From contig MU058540.1 of the NCBI GenBank assembly GCA_013265495.1, positions 147,696-211,695 of the forward strand: a stretch of DNA of 64,000 nucleotides, written 5' to 3'. Both the position numbers and the translations under genes were made by a program. Under the pieces are notes generated by a model. It did not search any database, was not told where the DNA came from, and was given only the letters and a program-made list of their open reading frames with translations. The DNA is from Vicugna vicugna. Taxonomy: Eukaryota. The stretch's first letter is position 1. Every line of letters starts with the position of its first letter. This document shows, piece by piece, positions 48,971 through 59,859 of this stretch.

Positions 48971-51900
48971 TAAATCTCATCCTGCCCTAGGCTTTTAAGA
49001 ACTCCTGGTGTCTTTCTTAACTCTTCTCCTGTGGAACAGGAGGATTTCCCTAGATAAGTGGAGAGAATCATCGCATTCTTCCCAGGATGTATGTAGCCTA
49101 GACTGCCCACTGGTTTACCTGTTTCTTCTCAAAGTTCTCCCAAAGACTGGGACTAGATAACCTCTCTTGTTCCTTAAAGGGAAGTTACTTGGGAAATTAA
49201 CCCTTGGTTACATAACCCTAGGTCTGTCCTATCACAACAGGACAAGGGGCCCTCCTGGGGAGGTGGCAGAGGCAGGGCTGCTGAGAAGGAAGCAGGCACA
49301 GGGAGAGTGCAGTTATCTGGCCCCAAAACAAGATGCAGATTAAGGGAAGCAGTTTCACCTTAGAGATCAGGGCCACAACCCTGGAAATCACTCCCTGGGC
49401 CTCCACTGCTTCTTCTGTACTAGCCAAACAGGCTCCATTTTCTCCTTTCTGCTCTCTGGAGCCAGGAAACCCTATGCTCCTACCTTCTGAACCATCTCAG
49501 GGCAGACCACAGGGCAACTCCACTTAAATCCCTCGATAAACAGCTGGTGATGGGCCAGTGCCCAGAGCTCACTTGTCTCCCCCAACTCAAAACTGTCCCG
49601 TGTGTTTCCCCTACTGGTCCCATCTGTCCTGGGGCAGGAGCTCGCATTATGAGGCCACTAGAAAAATGAGATAAAGCTTCCCTACTTTTCTTCCCCTGGA
49701 AAAGACAGATTTTCGATAGCAATTCATGGTCATTGTGAACTATACAATTGATAGATTTTTCCGTTGCACATTTAAAACTCTTAAGTTGGCTTCTCCGGGC
49801 TCCCCACCAGTCTTCAGAGCTGCCTTGGTTTCTGAACGCTCTTGAATTTGACTTAATAGCGAGCTAAACAAAAGAGGATTAGGAGGGAATCCCTTGATAC
49901 CACACTTATTTGTCCTCCCTCAAAGTCCCTGACCCCAAGAGAATCTGATATTTATGAGGAAAAAAGAGAAGGAGGGAAAAAAGCATGTACCAAAACAGAA
50001 TACCAAGATGATTATCAGAAAAAAAGACTTGTTTTGAGTAACTAGTTGAGCTTAACTGAAGCTCCACCCGAACTCGCAACCCCATCTTGGTTATAAGATT
50101 GTTCTGCACTTTAACGTCTCTAATGAACCAGTAAGTGTGTTGAATGGGCAGAAAATAGGGGTGAGGAAGTCCAAAATTTGTTGTGCTGCTACTTTGTGAC
50201 AGATGCTGTGCCAAGCAGACCCTTTACACACTGTCTCACTTCATCTCAGAAGACCTGTTAGTTGTCCTCATTTTAGAGTTTGGAAAACAGGTCCAAAGAG
50301 TCACCCCCAAGGTCTAGAGGTACACACACACACACACACACACTTGCACGTGCCCACACGCTCACTACATCCTGGGACTGAGATGACCCACATAAAGTTA
50401 GCTCGTGGCGGCCTCCCCTGAGAAAAGGAGAAAGAGAAGATCCACCCCATCCTTCTAAGTCTTATCTTTCCGATTCAGAGTTCCTTCTGCTCTTAGAACC
50501 AGTGTCTCTTCCACTTTCTCTTTCAACAGTTTCAGATTTGTGTGACTTCTCCTACACACATGCACACTTCTTCCTCCCATCTCTCCTCCCCCTAAGTAGG
50601 CGCTGAGCGTAATCTTGCAGGAACCAGGGCTTGGGATCCTTTTCAATGTCTACAAAACCCACCCTGGCACAGGAACACTCGTGTGGTCCTCCACGGTCAC
50701 ACTGGTGTGGCCCTCTGCCAGCTCACTGAGGCTCAGCGAGTTCCCTCTCGTGTCTGAGTCTCTGCTCTGGCAGCCAAAGGAGATGTGAAACCTTCCCACA
50801 AGGCAACAGCAGGAAATGTAGAAGATTTCACTTCTCTATTAATGAGAAGACTGAGGGTGTTTTTTAGAATCAAGCAGGACAGAAAAAAACCACAGACCTG
50901 TGCTCAGTGAAGCGGTTTCTTTCTTCCCCTCTTCCTCCTAACCCTTTTCTTCTTTTTACAGACATAGCTCTGTCCCCCACCTGCAGTCAACCCAAAAGAA
51001 TATTTCAACTGTCCTATCTATGTTGGTGAGTGGATAATTATTTACGCAGCATCAGGACTGCAGAAGTTTGGGAACTCCAGCCAGCTTCCCATATGATGTC
51101 CCTCTTTTACTGCCACTACACAAGGGCCCAAAGAGTGAGTCCTCTCCTTTCCTGCTGCCTCTTCCCCTAGTCTGGCCACCACAGGCCAGAAGTGGACTAA
51201 CCATGATGTTTATGTGCAAAGCATTACAGGGAAAACCAAGAGCTAAGAAATGTGGACTCTGCCCCCACATCTTTCGCTTTTGGGGAGTGAGAACAAATAT
51301 CTACAAAGAGAAGAGTTTATGTTAAAGTAAGCAATAAGGCCAGTGGACTTAAAAGAGAAAAGAGAAGTCATTGCGGGTTTGGTGGCCAGGAAGTCCTCTC
51401 CATTGAGTGGGCTGGATTTGCGTCGGAGAAGAGGAAGGCAGTTGGCATTGTGGTCTTGGCACAAGCTTGGCCATGTTATAAGGTGCTCTTGGGGGTCTAC
51501 CGAGTACCCGGACTGGCTAAAACAAAATGAGCTACAGTAACGTCACTGGCATTGCACATTGCAGAAAGTCATAAATTCGTTCTTATGTTTTTTTCTGAGA
51601 ATATGGCCATAAAAATAAATCTCTTCTAGTTACTTCCTAAGGTTCCCTCCTGGAAGTTCTCAGGTTCCTCTTCTGGACAGATGGTTTTAACTCAAGCCTC
51701 TGTGGTATAAACTCAAAATTTCCTCAATCTGTCAGTCATTTGTAATTTAAAACCAACAGCAGGAGACCACATTGTGACTTCCTTCAGTGTCTTTTCAAAA
51801 CTACACACTTCTGCATCCCACCAGGATTACATTACTTCCCAGTTGTCCAACCTCACCCCCACCCCCTCCCACCTTACTTCTCTCAGGGCTCTCCCTCTTC

Positions 51901-52189
51901 TCTACCAAGATTCATGCTCTAGACCCTGACATTTGGGCTGCTGTTGCTGTAGCTAGTTCAACATCCTTCCTTCCTGCAGCCAAATCACTTGAACTACTAG
52001 AGGATAGTCTACCAGATTTGCCACCGTGACTCTTGAGTAATATTATTCTCTCTCTGTCTTAACTATGAGAAAATAGAGACAGAGGCAGTTTAGTGATTGC
52101 CCAGTTTTACCCAGATACTAAGTATTAGCACCATGACTTGAACTCAGGATTTATGATCCTAAATCCTAGACTCCTAATAATCAGTTAGA

Positions 52190-53327
52190 AAATAACTGAA
52201 AATTGCCAACCATTTATAATAGTAATTTTAAAACTATAACATATTTAGAAATTAACAAACAAAAGTATAAGAATTTTATGGGAAAAAAGAAACTTTATTA
52301 ATATACACAGATGAAGAACTCAAGAAGCAAAGAGACATACCATATTCATGGATGAGGCATCCTAACATAATGAAGAAGTCCAATTTCCTCCCAAATTGCT
52401 AACCTACATGCTGTCCCAACCAAAATCATAGGAGAATTTGGGGAGAACTTGACAAGCTGATTTTAAAATGTACCAGATAATAAAGTCCATGAGTATCTTA
52501 GACAATTTTGATAAAGAAGAGCAAAATGTGTTTTTTGGGGGAGGTGAGCTGGCAAAGGAAATGAAACTAGCCCTACCAAATTTTAATACATATTAAAAAG
52601 CCATAATAATTGAAACATGGCTAAGTGGACCCAGGAACTGACAAACCAACTGAACTGAATAATCCAGAGACAAATCTATGCATTTAGGGAAATTTGGTAT
52701 AAAATTCCTAGGAATAAATTGAATATTTGATAAACAGTATTAAGAAGATCAATTTAATGTATTGAGAAGAAGAAAGTTGTACCCATACTCACACCATATA
52801 GAAAAATTCCAGATCAATAAAGATCTGACTATGAAAGGAAAACAATAGCACCAATAGAAGAAGGCATAGTGGCAGATCATCTAGGGCCAGATAAATATAA
52901 GGCAAAGTTATTTTACCCAAAATTATTCATGAGAAAAGAGAGAATTACCTTACATATAAGTTTGTGGGGGGTGTTTCTCTCCAAATTATGCCCACTCTCT
53001 CAAAGCTGTTTGGAGAAGATACATTATCCTTAAATGATTTCAATTAATAAAGACGTGAGAAACTTCCATAATGTTTTCCACAGTGGCTCCACCAATTTAC
53101 ACTCCTACCAACAGTGCACAAGGATTCACCAACAGCATGGAGAGGCCTCAGAAAAATTAAAAATAGAACGACCATCTGATCTAGCAATTCCACTGGTAGG
53201 TATTTATCCAAAGAAAATGAAAACACTAATTCAAAAAGATATATGCACTCCTATGTTCACTGTAACATTATTTACAGTGGGCAGGGTATGGAAACAACCT
53301 AACTGTCCATCAATGGGTGAATGGATA

Positions 53328-53366
<39 letters not shown>

Positions 53367-54430
53367 GAAATATTATTCAGCCATAAAAAAGATTGAAATT
53401 TTGCCATTTGCAACAACAGGGAAGGACCTTGAGGGCATTGTGTGAATTGAAGTAAGTCAGATAGAGAAAGAAAAACACCATATGATCTCTCTTATATGTG
53501 GAATCTAAAAAAACAAATAAACAAAAACAAAAGAATAACTAAGCTTGTGGAAACAGAGAACAGAACAGATTTGTGGTTGCCAGAGGCCAGGGGCAAGAGG
53601 TAGGAGAAATGGACAAATAGTTTTTGGTGGGGTTTTTTTAGTTTAAATGAATTGATTTACTTTTTACATAAATAAATAAAAAAATTTAGAAGTTATTAGC
53701 CTACTCAAAAATAAATACATGAGAAGAATCAAATAAAAATTGTTTTATGAAATATGAGAGTAGAGACAGTATTATGCTTACATTTATATTATGCTATAAA
53801 ATATGTGATTTTAAATTTGTGAGTTATTAACTAGTTAGCAGACATTTGACTATTTCCCTGTAACTTCTATGTATCTAAAACTTTACATCTTGACATTGGT
53901 TAAAAATCTTTTAAAATATTCTCATTGAGAAAATGGAGAATCACTCTATCATGTTGTATCCTAGCAAAAATTTGTAACTTTACTGCCTTAGGGTTCGAAA
54001 GGATTTTTTAAGATTATAAAAGCACAAATATATGGGTTTTGACTCTCAAAATGAAATAATTCTGTTCAGGGAAGGAACTGTATACAAATTTAACTGCTGA
54101 GCAGCAAAGTGGAAGAAAGGACTTGCAATATTTATACTGACATAAGATTACTATATAGAATATATCAGAAATCCCCACAATTTCATAAGAAAAAGACAAG
54201 AAACAGCAATGTTTAAGAGAGAGAAAAGATATGAATCAGCAATTCACAGAACAAGAAACCTGTGAGAAGAATCCTGGCCTCACTAGTAATGAGAGAAAGG
54301 CAAATTAAAACACGATACCACTTTAGACCTACTGAATCGCCAACATTTCAAAGTCAAATAATTTCTAGCAGTAGTGACAATAAAGGAAAATGAGAAACAC
54401 CTTCCTCTGTTGGTGGGAGTGTAAACTGTT
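52190..54430 (+). mobile_element. Old L1M remnants with a younger 5'-inverted L1 at ~53062-53709
   Basis: ORF 53034..53396 KLKIERPSDLAIPLVGIYPKKMKT..KDICTPMF..WKQPNCPS..EWINKL (ORF2 C-terminus). Confidence 0.8.
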
Positions 54431-55159
54431 TATGATCCCTGACTTACTGACATTACAAACTAGAAGCGTGAAAAAAATTGACACATGAAACAAGGCAGCA
54501 TATCTGTGAGAGTAAAGCCTGGGTTGAGTGTGCTATGTCTTGGAAGAGTTCAAGAAAGGTCAGTGAGGGCTGGAGAATTGGGAACAGATTCATGGTGGGG
54601 GTGGAACTTGGGTTGGAGCTCTAGGGTTGGTTAAGATGAGAACAAGCTCAGCCAAAAAGAGAAGGCATTCCAGTGAGAGGGAAATATCTGGGCAGTTCCC
54701 CTCAAGTGAAGACAGACATGATACCTTCAAGGAAAATGATGAGAACTGATTCATTCAAAACAGGATTCCTGCTGGGAAGAGTGGGTCATATTTTTTTGAT
54801 TAGAAGGGGGACACCAGACTAGAGAGGGTCTGGAATGCTTCTCGAGTATTCTAAGTGACAGTATCACAGAATGTTTGATCTGAGAGCATCTAACCTAAGT
54901 CTATCATTTCACAGATGAGGAGTTTGAGGCCCAGAGAGGGGCCATGACTTATCTAAGGTCACACAGCCTATTAAAAGCAGTTTTAAGGCTTCACTGGCAG
55001 GAAATTTCTGGATAAGCTGGAAAATGGAGACAGAGAGATCAAGAAGAACTAGAAAGTAATAAAAGACAGATGTAGAATGGTAAAGTGAAAAGAAAAAGGA
55101 AAACATCTCAACGGGGAACACACCATATTTGAAGGTAGATTCAAAGTAGGTTCCAGAAG

Positions 55160-55268
55160 AGGGGAGGGTAAGCTCAGTGGTAGATCGCATGCCTATCATG
55201 CGTGAAGTCCTGGGTTCAATCCCCAGTACCTCCATTAAAAAATAAATAAACCCAATTACCTCCCGCCT
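55160..55268 (+). mobile_element. Vic-1-type SINE
   Basis: ggggagggtaagctcagtggtagatcgcatgc...gtcctgggttcaatccccagtacctcc..aaacccaattacctccc. Confidence 0.88.
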
Positions 55269-55978
55269 AGATTAGATTCCCTGGACCCTAAGGAAAGCAA
55301 GAAGAAAAGCATATGCAAAGTGAGTTACCAGCAGATGTCACGTGCTCCTGTCATGTGCCCATCCACCAGGACAGCACTGTCACAGGTCTCCTTGGATGAT
55401 TTACTGAGGCCAAAGAATAAACAGCGTGAAGGGACACATGCATCCTAGGCCCTTTTAGGCTACTTGCACTTCCCCTCGGGAGCTTGAATATACTGTTTTC
55501 ACAAAACCAGTATGGCTGAGTTAGAAGAGCATCTGAAGGCTTCTTTATCCCACTTTGAGCTCTTGTTTTCCCAGCTAGGATGAAGGTTGAAGGCAGTTAT
55601 ATATTTCTCAAGGCAGCTTGTACTTGACATTAACATTTTCACAAGCAGTGAAGTGCAAAAAAAAAAATCAAAACAAAAACCAAAACCCTACTAGCAGCTC
55701 CTCCACCATTTGTGAGCAGATTATCATAAAGTGGCTGTGCCTTCATTTCTCACATATTTTGCACAAACGGATCCGAGTAGAAGCCATTGTGTAGTGCTGA
55801 AACTAGGGGCCGGGAGTCAGCTGAGGAATTAGGGGTTTTCCCATTTCTCTCCAGAACGAGGACAAGCTGTTCAAGTAGAGGCATGTTGAATTTGAAATGA
55901 CAACCTACTCGAGTTAAAATATCCAGAAATAAATATCATGAGTTAAAAAAGAAGGCACATCAATATTAAGAACTAAGA

Positions 55979-55984
55979 TTTATT
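55979..55984 (-). terminator. DMA: DMA polyadenylation signal
   Basis: TTTATT on + strand ~260 nt after the stop. Confidence 0.75.
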
Positions 55985-56095
55985 GCCTTGATGTGGATGG
56001 GATGTGGTCGTGATAGGAAGTCCACTCTGGGTTCCCTTGGATGCAAGACCAGGGACAGCAGAGCCCCCAGCTTAGAAACATGTACTACACAGACT

Positions 56096-56124
56096 CACAC
56101 GCACGCACACACACACACACACAC
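56096..56124. repeat. (CA)n microsatellite in the DMA 3'UTR
   Basis: cacacgcacgcacacacacacacacacac between the stop and polyA signal. Confidence 0.9.
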
Positions 56125-56245
56125 CCTCCAGGGGAGTCCCAGGGCCTTCTGCTCTGAGAAGAGATCCTAGGCAGGATGTGGGAAACCTGAACATCTCCTG
56201 CTTGGATGGCTGAAGTTCTTGGCATCAGACTCTGGTCAAGAAGAG

Positions 56246-56250
56246 TCAGT
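56246..56250 (-). CDS. DMA: DMA exon 5 (last codon D + stop)
   Basis: ctcctcAG|AC TGA; the five exons sum to 786 nt = 261 aa + stop. Confidence 0.9.
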
Positions 56251-56571
56251 CTGAGGAGAGAGGAGGGTGAAGGAAAGCCATCAGGGGGGTTCTCTTCTGG
56301 TCTGCAACACACTCTACAGAAGTCGATCTCTCCTTGTCTCCAAATCATCTCCAAGCACCCCTTCTACAGCTCCCCCAATCACTCCCCTCCCACTCCAAGC
56401 CATTCTTGTGACCTATAACTCTGTGTGTGGACCTGGGACCCCAACTCGGAGGATGTCCTGAGGTGCTCAATACAGGCCTGCCCACCCACAGGCTTGAGGA
56501 TCACTGCATGTGCCTCGCATTGCACAGGATAGTCCTGGCACACACACCCGGCTTCAGATGCCCTGACGTAC

Positions 56572-56700
56572 CACGTAAACAAGGCTTTCGGAAGTAGATG
56601 ATGAGGACCAAGCCAACAATGATGCCCAGCACACCCAGGCCAAAGGCCACGCCGCACAGCACATTCTCCAGAAGGTCTGAGGGCAGCGCATTCTGGGGCA
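56572..56700 (-). CDS. DMA: DMA exon 4 (CP/TM): VPQNALPSDLLENVLCGVAFGLGVLGIIVGLVLIIYFRKPCLR
   Basis: 129 bp, ctccAG...GTacgt. Confidence 0.96.
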
Positions 56701-56923
56701 CTGGAGAAAACAGGGAGCAGGTCAGCCTGGAGACCTGGCTGGGGAGCCCCCTACCCAGGGGAATTATGTGGGTGTCAAGGAAGAAACTGAGGCATGGAAG
56801 ATCGGGGTTGACTCAGAGTGAGAATGGACTAAACAAGGGCCAAGTGGAGAAAGGAGCCCTCCCATGGGTCTACCCCTTTTCTGCCTCCAAAAGGAACCAG
56901 GTTTCCAGGGAAAAGGGTCTCAC

Positions 56924-57202
56924 CCCAATAGGCAATTGCTGTGTAGCTGTCAATCTCATGAGTCACGATGCAGGAGAAAAGGTCATAGGGTGTCGGTGTG
57001 AAGTTTAAGTAAGAAAAGGCCTGGAAGCTGAGTCCATCAACAGCTGAGACAAAAGTGGGCCCGACTCCTTCCACGGGGGCCGCCTGATGTTGCCAGTTCA
57101 CCGTCAGTGCGGGTGGGAAGAGGTTACTGACAAAACAGACCAGCGTGTTGGGCTTGCCAAACTCCAGGGGCTTCAGCGTGAACACCTCAGGGATGGGGAG
57201 CC
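56924..57202 (-). CDS. DMA: DMA exon 3 (alpha2 Ig domain)
   Basis: GLPIPEVFTLKPLEFGKPNTLVCFVSNLFPP...FSCIVTHEIDSYTAIAYW; 279 bp; alphaN125 conserved. Confidence 0.98.
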
Positions 57203-57811
57203 CTGTGGAGGGGTCGAGGTGTGAGGGAAAGAAGCCACTAGTTTAGATGGTACCCCAGTGATTGGAGAGGGGACGTGGCATATAGTGGGGAGGGCAGAGA
57301 CAGTGTCAATGGGGATGAGCTTTGGGAGGAAAGATGAGGGAGGAGCTGAGCTCTGCGGGAGGTCTTCTGCCAGACAAGAACCAGAACTGGACCAAATCCA
57401 GGCCACTCTGGACTCTCCATCCTGACTTCCTGCAGCACTTCCTATCTAGATCTCACATGGGCATCTGATCACATGTTGTCTTCTCATTAAAAATGCAGGC
57501 ACATCATCAGATACTTCCATTCTCCCCTTCTATCTTGGGAGCATAGTAACACAAGCATTAATACTCAATAGGCATCCATTGGTCCCTGCTGAATTCATCA
57601 AGTTCAAGAAATACTTTTGAATGTCTATTACGTCCTAGGGACTTGTCTTCTGCCCCACCACAAACACAGAGTGCAGCTCAAGGCTGGTAGAAAAATCACG
57701 GTCCAAGGGGAGAACCAGAAGGCATGAGAGATGGGGAGCTGGTGAGAAGGGGAATAACTCAGGGTACAGTAAGGTTGAGAGTGCAGCCCACCTCCCAAAG
57801 AAACCTCTGAC

Positions 57812-58096
57812 CTCTAGACACTGGGATTTCCCCTTCAAGTCGTGGGCCGATTTCCTCAATCATCCTCTGGCAGAATCCTTTGTCAAAGAAAATGGTGGAC
57901 GAATTTCCAGACTTGTGAGCCCAGTCAGCAAATTCAGGCAGGCGAGGCACTCGGATGTTCTGGGAAAAGTCGAAGGAGAAAAGCTGGTCCTCGTCGTAGG
58001 TCTCGGAGAGCCCCACGTTGGGACTGGCATTCTGGCAGTACATCGTGTGCAGGAACGTGTGGTTTTGCAGCTCATCCCGCCACCCTGAGGCAGGAG
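57812..58096 (-). CDS. DMA: DMA exon 2 (alpha1 domain)
   Basis: WRDELQNHTFLHTMYCQ...YDEDQLFSFDFSQN.RVPRLPEFADWA...FDKGFC...IPVSR; 285 bp. Confidence 0.98.
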
Positions 58097-59289
58097 CTGC
58101 AAAACAGACAGTGTGGGATTCAGGAAGGTGGAAGCCTCCTCCTCTTTAGCTTAGAAAGCAGCAAGGTCTGCTCAGGGAGATGGGGAGAGGTGAGGTGTCA
58201 CCCATCTCATGTCGGTCACTTAGGCTCACCCTCCCGATGGGGGCAAAAAAGAAATTACGGGACCTCTCCAAGCTTCCCCAGGCATGAAAAGGCCAACTGT
58301 CTGAAGCTGTGAAAAGTAAAAAAAACTCTACTGTCTAAAGTGACAGATTCAGAGTCATGATGTTGGTTATGTTTTTTGCCCAAAGGCACTCAGCCAAGGA
58401 GGTAAGTGGTGGTTGAAATCTAGCCTGTGTCCTACTCACCAAGCCATGCCTCCTGGCACAGGGCTACATCCTCCCAAAGGGGAGACCTTTGTCTAATTCC
58501 CAGAAGGCCATCATACTGTCTTGTGAAGGACCTGGGTGGGTTCCCCAGTCTTCACCTGGGTGGGTGAAAGAATGGTCGTGGCCTCCCTAAGCCATAGATG
58601 ACATTGCCCCATCCTATCCCCAGACACACATGGCAGACTGAAAAACCAGTCTCCAGGCTCCTTTTCAGCCACTTCATTGGTACCATGTCTCTCTGAAAAT
58701 ATCTTCCCAAGCCTGCAGAATGGCAACACAGCTGCATAAAATAATCCCTATTCTTTGAAACGCCTGGCAGGAATCCCCCCAGCCAAGAGGAAAACTCCTC
58801 AAAATGCAATACTCAGAAAGATAGAGTAAGAGGAATCCTCCAGATTATTCTTCCATTATGCCCCCATTCTTTGCAGAGAAGGAAAGTAAGGACCAATAAA
58901 GTTAAGATAATTTTCAAGAATCACAAGGTGAATTGATGACAAAGTGAGGACTAAACAGGAAATGTGGAAATAACTTGTTTTGTTCAAATCCCAGCTCTAC
59001 CACTTTCCAACTGTGTGAACTTGCACAAGTTACTTAAACCCTGAGTCTCATTTTCTTCATCTCTAAAAGAGATACAGTAATCCCTGCTTCGCGAAGTTGT
59101 TTTAAACGGAGCGTCTGAAGCACCTCTGACATTGCCGTCCGTCCATCGTGGCTTTCTTTCCCAATTCTGCTACCGTTTCCACTCTCTCATGATACTCTCA
59201 CCATTTACAGAGCACAAGATTCCTTTTCAAATACCCTGGGTTGGCTCCCTAGGCTCTAATCCAGAAGTAAAAGGGAGGTACTGTCATAC

Positions 59290-59377
59290 CTTCGGGGGCA
59301 GTCCAGGAGTAGGGCAGCAGCCACAGAAGGTATAGCAGCCATAACAGTGCAGCTCCCTGGCTCAGCTCATGATCCAT
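59290..59377 (-). CDS. DMA: DMA exon 1 (signal peptide): MDHELSQGAALLWLLYLLWLLPYSWTAPE
   Basis: 88 bp, GTatga donor. Confidence 0.96.
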
Positions 59378-59498
59378 ATCTTCACACCACACAGTGGGCT
59401 AGGAGCTACCGACCAGCTGATTCAGGTCCTTAGATTCTCTTCCCAGATCATGCTTTGCCAGCGCACTTCCCATAACTGCCCCGGCCATTCTGGCTAAA

Positions 59499-59540
59499 CC
59501 AATCACAGGAGTGTAGGGTTTAACATCATCAGTTGCTAAG
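59499..59540 (-). promoter_or_regulatory. DMA: DMA X/X2 and Y boxes (RFX/CREB/NF-Y, CIITA enhanceosome)
   Basis: X1 CTTAGCAACTGATG (59540-59527) and Y GTGATTGG (59506-59499), 20 bp apart. Confidence 0.9.
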
Positions 59541-59859
59541 GAGAGACCTGCGGCCAGCAACCTTCTTACGACTTGGCCTTTTTACTGGGCCAGAGTAGGG
59601 TGTGGAGCTGGGTTGAGTAGGCAGTAGAGGACTGTCTGCCTCCTGCTGGGGATCCCTCTTTAGTATCTGGCTGTCAGCCTCAGCCTGTAACCGATGGGCT
59701 CTTCAGAGCAGCACCGCCCCGTGGTGGAATGCTGAACTGGGGAAGCCCATCTTCCCACAGCAATGCCCCAAGGCCCTTCAGGCTCTGTCTTCTCCCTCCC
59801 AATCCTCCTCCCACTGAACCCTCCTCCTCTTTCTTACAAAGGTTATTCTCCTTCAGGCT

